A stretch of DNA of 63,452 nt, filler included, from Octopus bimaculoides (taxonomy: Eukaryota), in the NCBI RefSeq assembly GCF_001194135.2. It is 4 parts of 4 records of this genome, joined end to end, with 100 filler letters (N's around TTAATTAATTAA, not from the genome) between each part and the next. Parts side by side here need not be neighbours in the genome. Positions count along the whole stretch, not along the records: positions 52,486 to 63,452 come from NC_068981.1; 3 more parts are not named here. One strand, 5' to 3'. Both the position numbers and the translations under genes were made by a program. Every line of letters begins with the position of its first letter. Position 1 is the stretch's first letter. This document shows, one piece after another, positions 52,640 to 63,452 of the stretch. Below the pieces are notes generated by a model that saw only the letters and a list, made by a program, of their open reading frames with translations, searched no databases and was not told where the DNA came from.

Positions 52640-53524
52640 GACCTATGGGCAACCACAAGAGATCCCTGGCCTGGCAGTGCTATCGAGAAGCATTACCCAT
52701 TCGGGATAAGCTGTACAGGCACGGTTCGAGACACACCGGACCAACCTGCACGAGATGCGGTCAGAGCGACGAAACCGTTCTGCACGCACTCGTGCAGTGT
52801 CCAAAAATTTCCGACCTGTGGACTTATGCCGAACGGCTGCTGTCACGTGTGGGACGAGTCCGCCTGTCAGCCGAGTCTATTGTGCAAATTGCTCCGCCAC
52901 CGTCCCTCAACAGGGAAGGCAAGGCAGTGTTCATCATACTGGTGGCCATGGTGAAAGAATGTGTGGTGGACACGAGCGAAAGGATTAGAGACGAAAACTT
53001 ACCTCTCTGGCCAATCGCTCATCAACTTTTTCAAGCATCACTTGAAAAGGAAGGTGAGAATAGAGAGGCAGGTTTTGTCTCGTGAAAGTTCCATTAAAAG
53101 GTGGGNNNNNNNNNNNNNNNNNNNNNNNNNNNNNNNNNNNNNNNNNNNNNNNNNNNNNNNNNNNNNNNNNNNNNNNNNNNNNNNNNNNNNNNNNNNNNNN
53201 NNNGATGGTGCGTGCGAATGACGATACCTCTTTGAGCATGATCCTATAAATCGAGAAGAAAAAAAAGAGAGAGAGAGAGAGCACTTTGCTCTCATGTGTC
53301 TATTCCCTGCTGAGGTTACCATGGTCTTTTCTGTAGGCTTTTCTCTCCATGGATAAACCTAATGTTACCCCATTTTACACATTTGACATTTTCTGTGATA
53401 TACGATACCCTTTTTTTTTCTTTTTTTTTCCCCTACCGATCCCTTTTGATCGGATTTTTTAATTTTTATTTTACCTTTTTTTTTCTTTATTTTTAAAGAA
53501 AAGCTCTACAGTTGTATTTGTCCC
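52640..53524 (+). mobile_element. Tx1 3' fragment flanked on both sides by (TATC)n
   Basis: KRSLAWQCYREALPIRDKLYRHG...TCTRCGQSDETVLHALVQC; WWTRAKGLETK...SMIL*. (ATCT)n at ~52577-52639 and (TATC)n at 53535-53620. Confidence 0.9.
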
Positions 53525-53547
53525 NNNNNNNNNNTATCTATCCATCC

Positions 53548-53622
<75 letters not shown>

Positions 53623-53719
53623 CCTCTCCCTCTCTCTCTCGCTTCCCCTTTCTAGCTGGGTAGGTAAACTATATATTTTTACAAACTTCTCGAGTTTACC
53701 TTTGTTTTTTCACTTGCAG

Positions 53720-53785
53720 ACTGAACGTGCCGAGAAAAAATTGCAATTCTTGAGACTAAGTGCAGGTAATTTTACTCTTGAACAG
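53720..53785 (+). CDS. Internal coding exon (66 nt, phase 0-0) of a DUF4476-like, PROSER1-N-terminus-like host gene: TERAEKKLQFLRLSAGNFTLEQ
   Basis: Strong acceptor TTTACCTTTGTTTTTTCACTTGCAG and donor CAG|GTAAGA; open frame; joins in frame to 63283-63351. Confidence 0.7.
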
Positions 53786-54012
53786 GTAAGAAATGATATT
53801 ACCTACCTACATTCATACATACATACATACATACATGTATGCATGCTTGCGTACGTATATATGTATATACATACATACATACATACATACGTACATACGT
53901 ATATACATACATACATACATACATACATACATACATACCTGCATGCAAATATATATATATACACATACATACATGCGTGCGTACATACATACATACGTAC
54001 GTGTGTATGTTT

Positions 54013-55053
54013 GTCGTTATTTAGTTTTATTTCAAGAATTCTTGCCTTAAAGAAAGAGCCGGTTTCTAACCTAGATCCAAGGCTCCTTCATTGGATTTCA
54101 ACAGCAACAACATAGTATTTTTGTATGTATGTATGTACGTAATGTATGTATGTATGCATGTATGTATGTATGTATGTATGTGCAGACTTGTATGTTTTAT
54201 ATATGTATTCTCGTGCATATAATTGCATATCTAGACATGGTCAGATATATATTTAAGTGATAAACTTCTGGAAAGTTTTACAGACTTTTACAATTCCAGT
54301 GATGGATTGGATTTGTAGTCTTCGAATTAGCTTTCTACTTTCTAATGTTGAGAAGCCTAATTTCTCAAGATTAGTATTTAGGCAGTGTGTTACATATTTC
54401 AGGGCCCCAATAATCACAGGTATAAACCTGAACTTGTAATCTGGATGTACTCTGCAGATTTCTCATTAGTTCAGCATAGGTGTTCTCTTTTTTTGCTGAT
54501 CTTCAGCTTTATGTTAACATCCGCTGGGCAGCTAATTTCCACAACTGTGCACAGTTTCTCTTCTCTATCCCAGATGATTATATCAGGTATATTGTGCTTA
54601 CATTTTATTGAGGTCTTCACTGGTACATTCCACCAGTATTCCTTTTTATTATGAGCGGCTATGGCTTCTACTATACTGTGAGTTCTTATTTCTTTTTCCT
54701 CGGGATTATACTTCCGACGGATTTCATTATAGAGTGTCCTAGCTAAAACATCATGTCTCATCGGTAGATAATACCGTGATGACGTTTTCGGACAACTGTT
54801 TATGATGTGGGCGATATCTTCAGTGTGAACTTCACAAAGTCTACATCGGTTGTCACATTTTACTGCTTTTCCTGCATCTGTATCCCTTTTGTGCATCAGG
54901 TATTTGGTTGATTTTTCCTGTTCCTGGACTGCAAACGGATACACTTCAAAGTGGGAGGTAGTAATCCGACTATTGGCCCACGATAAGTTTCTTTGATGAA
55001 CGATGTTACTATCGTCACGGAGCTTTCTATTGACATATCCATGCATAGTCTTC
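54013..55053 (-). mobile_element. R4/Dong-type RLE LINE (second family), 5'-truncated, flanked by (TATG/CATA)n
   Basis: CRLCEVHTEDIAHIINSC (CCHC), MRHD, PDIIIWDREEKLCTVVEISCP (RLE), FIPVIIGALK...TGIVKVCKTFQKFIT*. (TACA)n at 53810-54000, (TATG)n at 55054-55110, and an internal (TATG)n tract in the UTR. Confidence 0.9.
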
Positions 55054-55382
55054 TATGTATGTATGTGTGTATGTATGTATGTATGTATGTATGTATGTAT
55101 GTATGTATGTATGTATGTGTGTGTGTGTATGTATATACGTATTTATTTGTGTACTAATCACCTATAAATACCCAAAGTTCCCTGCTATCTTCCTCCTCTA
55201 ATCATCATTTTAGTACCAGCAAAAAAGAGGAAGATATGTATTTGAATTTTTCTTGTTATATATCACATTTTAACACAGACATTTTTATTCTGATGTATAA
55301 TTTTATATCTCACATTCTGTATTTGACATATACTTGATTTTACATGATTAATATATATATACTAATTCATATTTATAATGTA

Positions 55383-57216
55383 CTAGCAGAGATACCCGGC
55401 GTTGCTCGTGTTACATGCAATGGAAGAATTAGACTTTTCTGTCATATTTTCTCTAAAGAACTGGAATATCTATGATTCGAATTTCATCAAAATTGCAGAT
55501 GAGGGTTCTTTCCCTCTTTACGCACCATAAAAAATTCTAATCATGACACATGTATCCCATACTACTGATCTTTATGCGCAGATTCCAAAATTCCAGTGTT
55601 ATGGAACCTGTTAAAAGGATTTTGTTCCTGAAAAATGGAGGTCATGGAGCTTTAAAATGTGNNNNNNNNNNCTGATCTTTATGCGCAGATTCCAAAATTC
55701 CAGTGTTATGGAACCTGTTAAAAGGATTTTGTTCCTGAAAAATGGAGGTCATGGAGCTTTAAAATGTGGGAGTTAAGGCCCCTATTGGGGGTGGGTGTCT
55801 TAATGTCAACCAGAGAAGTTGAATTGTTGAGAATCTTTTTGACTTGGGTGTTATATCTATTGTTCGAATTTCATTGAAATAGGAAATATATGTATATTCA
55901 CTGGGTTTATAAAAGAGAGCAAAGCTGCAGGAAACCAAAAGACGAATGATTACAATAAGCAGTCAGCTACCCTATCCTAGTCGTTACCACTTCCCAATGT
56001 CACCATACAGGTGACAGGTACAGTCGTAATATACATTACGGACCTATAGCAATTGGAAGGGCGTCACCCAACTGAAATAAACATTAACAACTGTGTGACG
56101 TGAAGGCTAAGGGGAAATGAAAGTGTCACCTCTGGAGTTTGCAACTGACCACTATACCGATAGGTAACTGGACAGAATTAATTTACAATCTATAAATGTC
56201 TTTGAATAACCAGTCACTCNNNNNNNNNNTAGGTAACTGGACAGAATTAATTTACAATCTATAAATGTCTTTGAATAACCAGTCACTCATCTGGGAAGGC
56301 CTTGAAATCAATGTTACCACCTGGGGACTATGTGTGACCCAGTGATAATAAAAAGACTCAAAGGAGGTTTGCAATGAAATAACTTTACTCAACACTTTGC
56401 AACCGAATCAGTGGAGTCAAGGATGCCTCTCATTTACTTGGCAATTTACGCACCACATTGCAGAAATCACAATGTAAGTATATCTCAAAGCAAACTCTTA
56501 CACTGTTGTACCATTGAATTACAAATAACGCTCATCTTTTGTGCTCGGGTGACCCTACAGCTTCCAAGAGTACAACTGTATTCGTCTTTGCTTAGATAAA
56601 ATGACTAAATTGTGGGTGTTAAGTCCCCATGAAGAGGTCTTTCTAACTTCTAAGAAGATGAAATTTTAGAAATATTACTTTATTTGTGTCTGATATCTAT
56701 GGTTAAAATTTCATCAACAACAAAAATATATAAATTCTCATGGGGGTTATAGCCCTTATGCATAGAATATAATTACCAAATTTCATAAAGATCCATTCAG
56801 TATTTTTGACGTAGTTTTGGATCATAAAAAATGACTAAAATTTGGGAGTTAAGGCCCCCATTAGGGGGTCTTAGAATCCTCATGAGAAGTGGAAAGTTTG
56901 AGAATACATCTTGATGTGTGTCAATTCCCCATGGCTGAAATTTCATCAACATCGAAAATTTATGAATTTTCATGGGGGTTCTCAAATTGAAACCAAGCAT
57001 ACTACATTATACCTGCTCTTATGCATTGAATCAAAGTTCGAAATATAAGGATCCATTCAGTAATTATGGTTCATGAAATTGTATGAAATACACAGCATTG
57101 CTCTTCTCCCTAGCCTTGGATTTTTGTTCCAAATTTCATTAGGATCGGTGCAGTAGTTTTCGAATATATAAGTAACAGACGAACACACATAAAGACATTG
57201 ACTTTTATATAATAGA
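55383..57216 (-). mobile_element. Non-autonomous Helitron
   Basis: Minus strand starts A|TCTATTATATAAAAG and ends GAGCAACGCCGGGTATCTCTGCTAG|T (5' TC, 3' CTAG, A^T target). Internal repeated AAATTTCAT / GGGAGTTAAGGCCCC modules. Confidence 0.75.
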
Positions 57217-57259
57217 TATGNNNNNNNNNNTATACATACATGTATATGTGTGTGTGTAT

Positions 57260-57325
<66 letters not shown>

Positions 57326-57399
57326 TGGATTGATAGATACAACTATGTGAGCAAAGAAAAATATGAGACACTACCTAGTACTTTTTTTTAATTTTGATA

Positions 57400-57705
57400 A
57401 GCCTGGTACTTATTCTATCAGTTTCTTCTTGTCAAACCAGTAAGTTATGGGGATGTAAATAAACGAACAGCAGTTGTGAAGCAGTGATGAGGGAGAAACA
57501 CAGAGACAAAGACGCACACATGCACTTACATATATACATACATATATATACAATTCATTTCTTTTAGTTTCTGTCTATGAAATCCACCCGCAAGGCTTTA
57601 GTTGGTCTGAGGCTATAGCAGAAGACAAATGCTAAGTCACCACTCGGTGGCACTGAACCCAGGACTATGTATTTTGGAACCAAGTTTCTTACCACACAGC
57701 CACAC
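57400..57705 (-). mobile_element. SINE family A, diverged copy
   Basis: AAGCCTGGTACTTATTCTATC...GGCACTGAACCCAGGAC...CTTACCACACAGCCAC. Confidence 0.8.
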
Positions 57706-58570
57706 TAGTGTAAATCCTCTCGACTCACACTATATAGCCTTATGTGTAAATAAACCACGTGCTGCCTACAAGTGCTAGAAATAACACGACATCTATATAT
57801 TTAACCTTACTTGGCTATTTACATATTTGCATGCATGTGTGTACGTATGTATGCTTGCATCTATGTCTGTCCATATTTATATGTTAGTATGTATATATAC
57901 ATACGCGCTCACGTGTATATACACTAACATACAAACATATATACATACGCATTCAAACTTTCACACATAACCTTCATATAAACATATATATATAAACAGA
58001 TACATGCGTACATACTGACATACATACATACATATATACGTACGTACGTACGTGCATACATACATACATACATACATACATATGCACATGCATACATAAT
58101 ATTCCAGAAAGTAGTAATACATATGTAGACATATGTACACTTATCTAAGCCAGAGTACACCTATTCACGCACAAAATGGCATATGTATAGACGTACATAC
58201 ACACACACACATACATACATACATACATACATACATGCATGCATACTCGCAGCTATTTAATTTCCTTGCTACGTATCTACCTTGCGACATAAATACATAC
58301 ATAAGTTTAAAAAAAAATAATAATACGGAAACAATCTAGTAGAAAAAGGGAAGGCAGACGTTTCTTTATTGAAAATATATGCATCAGGCGAAAGTGAAGA
58401 TGTAGAATATCGGGTGATAGGGAAAGTAGGGAAAGTAATCACACTGAAGCAGTTTGTTTGGCCATCAAATTAGATTAATAAGAAAAAAAAAAACCAGAAA
58501 ACACTGCTGCAGAAAATATTTTCATTATGGATATTAAATAAGAAAAAAAAAATCAATGGAGAACTTTTGG

Positions 58571-58602
<32 letters not shown>

Positions 58603-58634
58603 GCTGCTGCTACTGCTACTGCTGCTGACACTAT

Positions 58635-58665
<31 letters not shown>

Positions 58666-58755
58666 GATACTACTATTACTAATACTACTATTACTAACAC
58701 TACAACTATCATAATATTTCTTTCTAATTTTGGTACAGAGCCATAATAATAATAA

Positions 58756-58936
58756 TTTCTTTATTGCCCACAGGGAGATAAACATAGAGGGGACAAACAA
58801 GGACAGACAAAAGGGATTAAGTCCATTACATCGACTCCGGTGCGTAACTGGTACTTATTTAATCGACCCCGAAAGGATGAAAGGCTAAGTCGACCTCGGC
58901 GGAATTTGAACTCAGAACGTAGCGGCAGACGAAATA
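58756..58936 (-). mobile_element. SINE family B with (TAT)n tail
   Basis: TTTCTTTATTGCCCACAGGG...TCGACCCCGAAAGGATGAAAGGCTAAGTCGACCTCGGCGGAATTTGAACTCAGAACG. Confidence 0.88.
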
Positions 58937-58949
58937 GCCAAATACTATC

Positions 58950-59310
58950 ATAAGTACTGGGACTGTGAAACACGAAGACAGATGTAACATTACCAACAAA
59001 AGCGAAGTGAACAAGAGAAGACAACAAACTCAGTCTGTAGGAATGTATAATGATGAGCAAAATGCACCAAACCAGAACACCACAGACAAAAATATGAACG
59101 GGAGGGAATACGAAACAAATCTAAAACCTGGAAATAGTGAAGGCGAGATTAATGATAATGATACTCTAAAAATGAGCATAATCAAAGAATTGAAAGCCAC
59201 AGATCTCAGTATGGACCACCGACTGTACCTCCCAAACATTAAAATTGATAATAAAACATCAATAGTAAATAACATGAACCTGGCCGTCACAAAACTAATA
59301 GCCGTGGACC
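58950..59310 (+). mobile_element. Possible N-terminal leader fragment of an R4-type ORF
   Basis: HRLYLPNIKIDNKTSIVNNMNLAV resembles the leader preceding R4 RT domains. There is no catalytic motif. Confidence 0.3.
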
Positions 59311-60276
59311 GTGCATCTGCTCTCTGCCCCCCGAACCCGCCCTGCCGTCTCCCGCCTCCCTTTTCCCCTCACCTACCATCCCACCACCCTACCTCTCCAA
59401 CGCACCATTCTCCGAGCTTTCTGGCACCTCCAGTCCGACCCCTCCACCTCACACATCTTTNNNNNNNNNNNNNNNNNNNNNNNNNNNNNNNNNNNNNNNN
59501 NNNNNNNNNNNNNNNNNNNNNNNNNNNNNNNNNNNNNNNNNNNNNNNNNNNNNNNNNNNNNNNNNNNNNNNNNNNNNNNNNNNNNNNNNNNNNNNNNNNN
59601 NNNNNNNNNNNNNNNNNNNNNNNNNNNNNNNNNNNNNNNNNNNNNNNNNNNNNNNNNNNNNNNNNNNNNNNNNNNNNNNNNNNNNNNNNNNNNNNNNNNN
59701 NNNNNNNNNNNNNNNNNNNNNNNNNNNNNNNNNNNNNNNNNNNNNNNNNNNNNNNNNNNNNNNNNNNNNNNNNNNNNNNNNNNNNNNNNNNNNNNNNNNN
59801 NNNNNNNNNNNNNNNNNNNNNNNNNNNNNNNNNNNNNNNNNNNNNNNNNNNNNNNNNNNNNNNNNNNNNNNNNNNNNNNNNNNNNNNNNNNNNNNNNNNN
59901 NNNNNNNNNNNNNNNNNNNNNNNNNNNNNNNNNNNNNNNNNNNNNNNNNNNNNNNNNNNNNNNNNNNNNNNNNNNNNNNNNNNNNNNNNNNNNNNNNNNN
60001 NNNNNNNNNNNNNNNNNNNNNNNNNNNNNNNNNNNNNNNNNNNNNNNNNNNNNNNNNNNNNNNNNNNNNNNNNNNNNNNNNNNNNNNNNNNNNNNNNNNN
60101 NNNNNNNNNNNNNNNNNNNNNNNNNNNNNNNNNNNNNNNNNNNNNNNNNNNNNNNNNNNNNNNNNNNNNNNNNNNNNTACATACATACATACATACATAC
60201 ATACATACACACATACACACACACACACACACACACATATGTGTATGTATATATATATATATGCTATTATTATTGC

Positions 60277-60339
<63 letters not shown>

Positions 60340-60469
60340 CATTATTATTATTATTATCATTATTATTATTATTAATCGGCAGAAAACTTATGGGCCAAGA
60401 GAATGACCTAAGTGGCAATATATAAAACTTGGTCGTTAAGGCACTCAGTAATTTCTGCCGATATATATA

Positions 60470-60843
60470 TTTCTTTATTCTTATTTTCTTTTAATTGACT
60501 GCGACTATGCTGGAGCACCGCCATGAAGGATTTTAGTCGAACATTCTTTTTAAGCCTAGTACTTATTCTATCGGTGTCTTTTGCCGAACCGCTAACATAC
60601 GGGGACATAAACACACCAACACCAGTTGTCAAGCGGAGGTATAAACACAGACACACACACATGTATTTATATATATATATATATATATATATACTACAGG
60701 CTTCTTTCAGTTTCCGTCTATCAAGTCCACTCATAAGGCTTTGGTCGGCCCTAGGCTACAGTAGAAGACATATATCCAAGGCGGCGCGCAGTGGGACTGA
60801 ACCCGGAACCAAAGTGGTTGGGAAGCAAACTCCTTACCACACA
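60470..60843 (-). mobile_element. SINE family A, near-complete copy
   Basis: Collinear with 31545-31958. Confidence 0.9.
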
Positions 60844-61034
60844 CACACACACTCAGTCTCTAAACAGGAACTGGTGCCGCAAATATCCATTGGGATCATT
60901 AAAAAATAATAGCTACAGAAGCAGTATTGATACCAGAGGGTTACCTTGAACTGCACTTAATATGAAAACTATGTTGAAACACAGAATACTGCGTTATTTA
61001 CCATGAGAGGTCTCTCATAAGGCTACATATGTAT

Positions 61035-62210
61035 GTCGTTATTTAGTTTTATTTTAAGAGTTCATACCAATAAAGGATTCAAGGACATTTACCCCCCCCC
61101 CCNNNNNNNNNNNNNNNNNNNNNNNCCGTGGACAATAACCTCTCCTCCACGGACAACAACCTCCTAGGACAATTACCCGCTTGGACAATTACCCATGTGC
61201 AGCTTAGAGAAAGGTGCGCCTAATGTGTGTATTTTTTATAAGTTTCAGGAGGAAAATAATTCGTGTATGGAGATCGAATGATTCCACTGATTTTTTTCGG
61301 AGGAAACGCCGGGCGGTGATTTAGCACCCAAAACTACCAAAAATTTAGCACCCAAAACTATCATGGTAGATTTTGAAAAGGCTGTGATTAATAGTTTGTA
61401 CTTGGCATTTCCACAAGCCGAGATAAGCGGTTTTTTTCACTTTAGCCAAAGCATCTATAGGAACATTCAATTTCAATAGCGGTACCAAGAGGATAAAGAG
61501 TTTTTAATCTCTACAAGAATGATAGCTGCTTTAGCTTTTGTTCCTACTTGTGATTTTGAAAAAGACTTTTGAAACGCGATGTGAAATACTCCCACCGGAA
61601 CATATCCCTTACAAGATTACTTTGAGGATACATACTTAGGACGACCATCGCGAAGAGGAAGACGACAAGAACCAGTATTTGGAATGGATTTATGGAATAT
61701 GTACAACATGACGTCGGATGAACTTCTAAGAACAAAGAATGTTGTAGAAGGGTGGCACAGGTGGGTTTTTTTAATCGAATGCTTGTTGTTGCTACTCGAA
61801 CTGCAAGTTTTTAAAATATATTAAAAAAAAGCAAGCATTACAACAAGTACTTATGACTCAATCCTTGACGGGTTTTGCTAAACAGCCATCTAGAAAGAAA
61901 TATTTAGATATTTCAGCCCGTGTTAATGCCGTAGTTAGCAAATACGAAAACATAAATGTCATACAATATTTGCAAGGAATCGCGTATAATTTGCACTTTT
62001 AGACGATGATTTAAAACTTCTTAATATATTGGAGATGGAGCACTTAACCAAGGGTGTAATTGTTTTAGGGGGTAGTTGTCGTCGGGGGGAATTGTCCTAG
62101 GTGGGTAATTGTCCTAGAGGGTAACTGTCCTGATACGCAATAAAGAGTCGGTTTCTAACCTAGATCCAAGGCTCCTTCATTAGAATTTCAACATCAACGG
62201 AGCATTTTTG
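61035..62210 (-). mobile_element. 3' UTR of the (TATG)n R4 family split by the MULE (61035-61075 plus 62137-62210)
   Basis: GTCGTTATTTAGTTTTATTTTAAGAGTTCATACCAATAAAG continues as AGTCGGTTTCTAACCTAGATCC, as in the uninterrupted copies at 54013 and 62234. Confidence 0.85.
61076..62136 (+). mobile_element. Mutator-like (MULE) DNA transposon, internally deleted
   Basis: TSD-like CCAATAAAG (61067-61075) / GCAATAAAG (62137-62145). Termini GATTCAAGGACATTTACCC / GGGTAACTGTCCTGATAC with GGACAATTACCC subterminal repeats. Transposase remnants IMVDFEKAVINS, FFHFSQSIYRNIQ, ALAFVP, YFEDTYLG, RTKNVVEGWH. Confidence 0.88.
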
Positions 62211-62233
62211 TATATATGCATATATGTATGAAT

Positions 62234-62793
62234 ATCGTTATTTAGTTTTATTTCAAGAGTTCATGCCAATAGAGAAAGAACCGGTTTCTAACCTAGATCC
62301 ACAGCGCCTTCATTGGAATTTCAACATCAGCAGAATATGTACGTACGTACGTACGTATGTATGTATGTATGTATGTATGTATGTATGTATGTATGTATGT
62401 ATGTATATATCTAGATTTGTCAGTTTATGTATGTTTTATGTATGTTTTCTCATGCATATATTGTGGTATCTAGACATGTTCATATATACTTAAATGATAA
62501 ACTTCTGGAAAGTTTTACAGATTTTTACATTTCCAGTGATAGCTTGAATATGTAGTGTTGGAATCAGCTTTCTGCCTTCTGGTTTTGAGAATCCTAATTT
62601 CTCGAGATTGGTACTTAGGCCTTGTGTTACGTATCTCAGTGTCTCAATAATTACAGGTATAAACCTGAACTTGTAATCTGGGTAGAGTAACTGTAGATTT
62701 CTAGATTTCTGAATAGTTCAGCGTAGGCATTTTATTTCTTGATCTTTATCTTTATGTTGATATCCGTTGGGCAGCTGATTTTCACAACTGAAT
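62234..62793 (-). mobile_element. (TATG)n R4 family copy, shorter 5' truncation
   Basis: Collinear with 54013-54545 (GATAAACTTCTGGAAAGTTTTACAGA, ACAGGTATAAACCTGAACTTGTAATCTGG). (TATG)n lies at its 5' side. Confidence 0.88.
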
Positions 62794-62844
62794 GTACGCA
62801 TGTATGTATGTATGTATGTATGTATGTATGTATGTATGTATGTA

Positions 62845-62935
<91 letters not shown>

Positions 62936-63282
62936 TCATACATAGATGCATATACACACATATAACGAATACTTATAATTTTGTAAAACCCTCTTGTAAC
63001 AAAAGTTAGCTTACATTTCTCTCAAACAACGTGACTGTACATGTATACTTCTGTATAAGTGTATCCTAATATTTGTATATTAGTTTACTTATATATGCTA
63101 CATACACATACAGTTATATTAGTAATATATGTGTTTTTTCTGTAAATCGAAGTTTTCATGGAGACCCTAACAACATAACGAATGACGAGATATTACGGTT
63201 GTGTGACGATACAAAGTACTTCGTAACCTACTCTGTTTACTGCAATATATCCAAATTTTTCTCTGTGTGCAATTATTTTTAG

Positions 63283-63351
63283 GTCGATGCCATTTTAGCT
63301 GAATTTCATTCTCCACCTGTTAAACTAGAAGCATTTCGAATAATGGGAACA
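63283..63351 (+). CDS. Internal coding exon (69 nt, phase 0-0), continuation of the DUF4476-like peptide: VDAILAEFHSPPVKLEAFRIMGT
   Basis: Acceptor TTTTTCTCTGTGTGCAATTATTTTTAG and donor ACA|GTAAGT. The joined FTLEQ|VDAILAEF...KLEA gives the FT..QV..IL..F....KLEA pattern I recall for DUF4476. Confidence 0.72.
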
Positions 63352-63410
63352 GTAAGTGATTTTAAAAATTTTATTTTACATATGTTGGTATAATCATCGT
63401 CATTATCACC

Positions 63411-63452
63411 GCCGCTGGTGCCGCCGCTGGTGCCGCCGCTGGTGCCGCCGCT
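63411..63452. repeat. 12-bp GC-rich minisatellite (GGTGCCGCCGCT)n running off the window
   Basis: CCGCCGCTGGTG repeated about 3.5 times. Confidence 0.9.

Noticed and set aside
55561-56289. Exact duplications around 10-N gaps (55561-55661/55672-55767; 56161-56219/56230-56289)
   Set aside because: Identical overlaps flanking minimal gaps are typical unmerged contig ends.

Overview
Eukaryotic, extremely repeat-rich draft scaffold with many N gaps. The SINE families and microsatellite density point to a coleoid cephalopod, most likely Octopus (inference, not verified). Most of the window is decayed mobile DNA: two long Penelope-like elements (PLEs) plus fragments, a near full-length L1/Tx1-clade LINE plus 3 fragments, two R4/Dong-type restriction-like-endonuclease (RLE) LINE families, an RTE 3' end, a Helitron, a MULE and many tRNA-derived SINEs. 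The only well-supported host coding signal is a pair of short phase-0 plus-strand exons (53720-53785, 63283-63351) that splice into a DUF4476-like, PROSER1-N-terminus-like peptide. Highlights from reading the sequence: (1) at least 7 type I hammerhead ribozyme (HHR) motifs from about 5 sequence families, including a tandem pair with an extended stem II that delimits a 521-nt self-complementary retrozyme-like unit, and two copies with the compensatory U3-A8 core; (2) apparent partitioning of microsatellite motifs among retrotransposons: one R4/Dong family at (TAA)n, another at (TATG)n, and Tx1 at (TATC)n; (3) long near-perfect hairpins. No prokaryotic systems, CRISPR arrays, rRNA or intact tRNA genes were found. 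All alignments and folds were done by eye and all family assignments are from memory; no searches were run.
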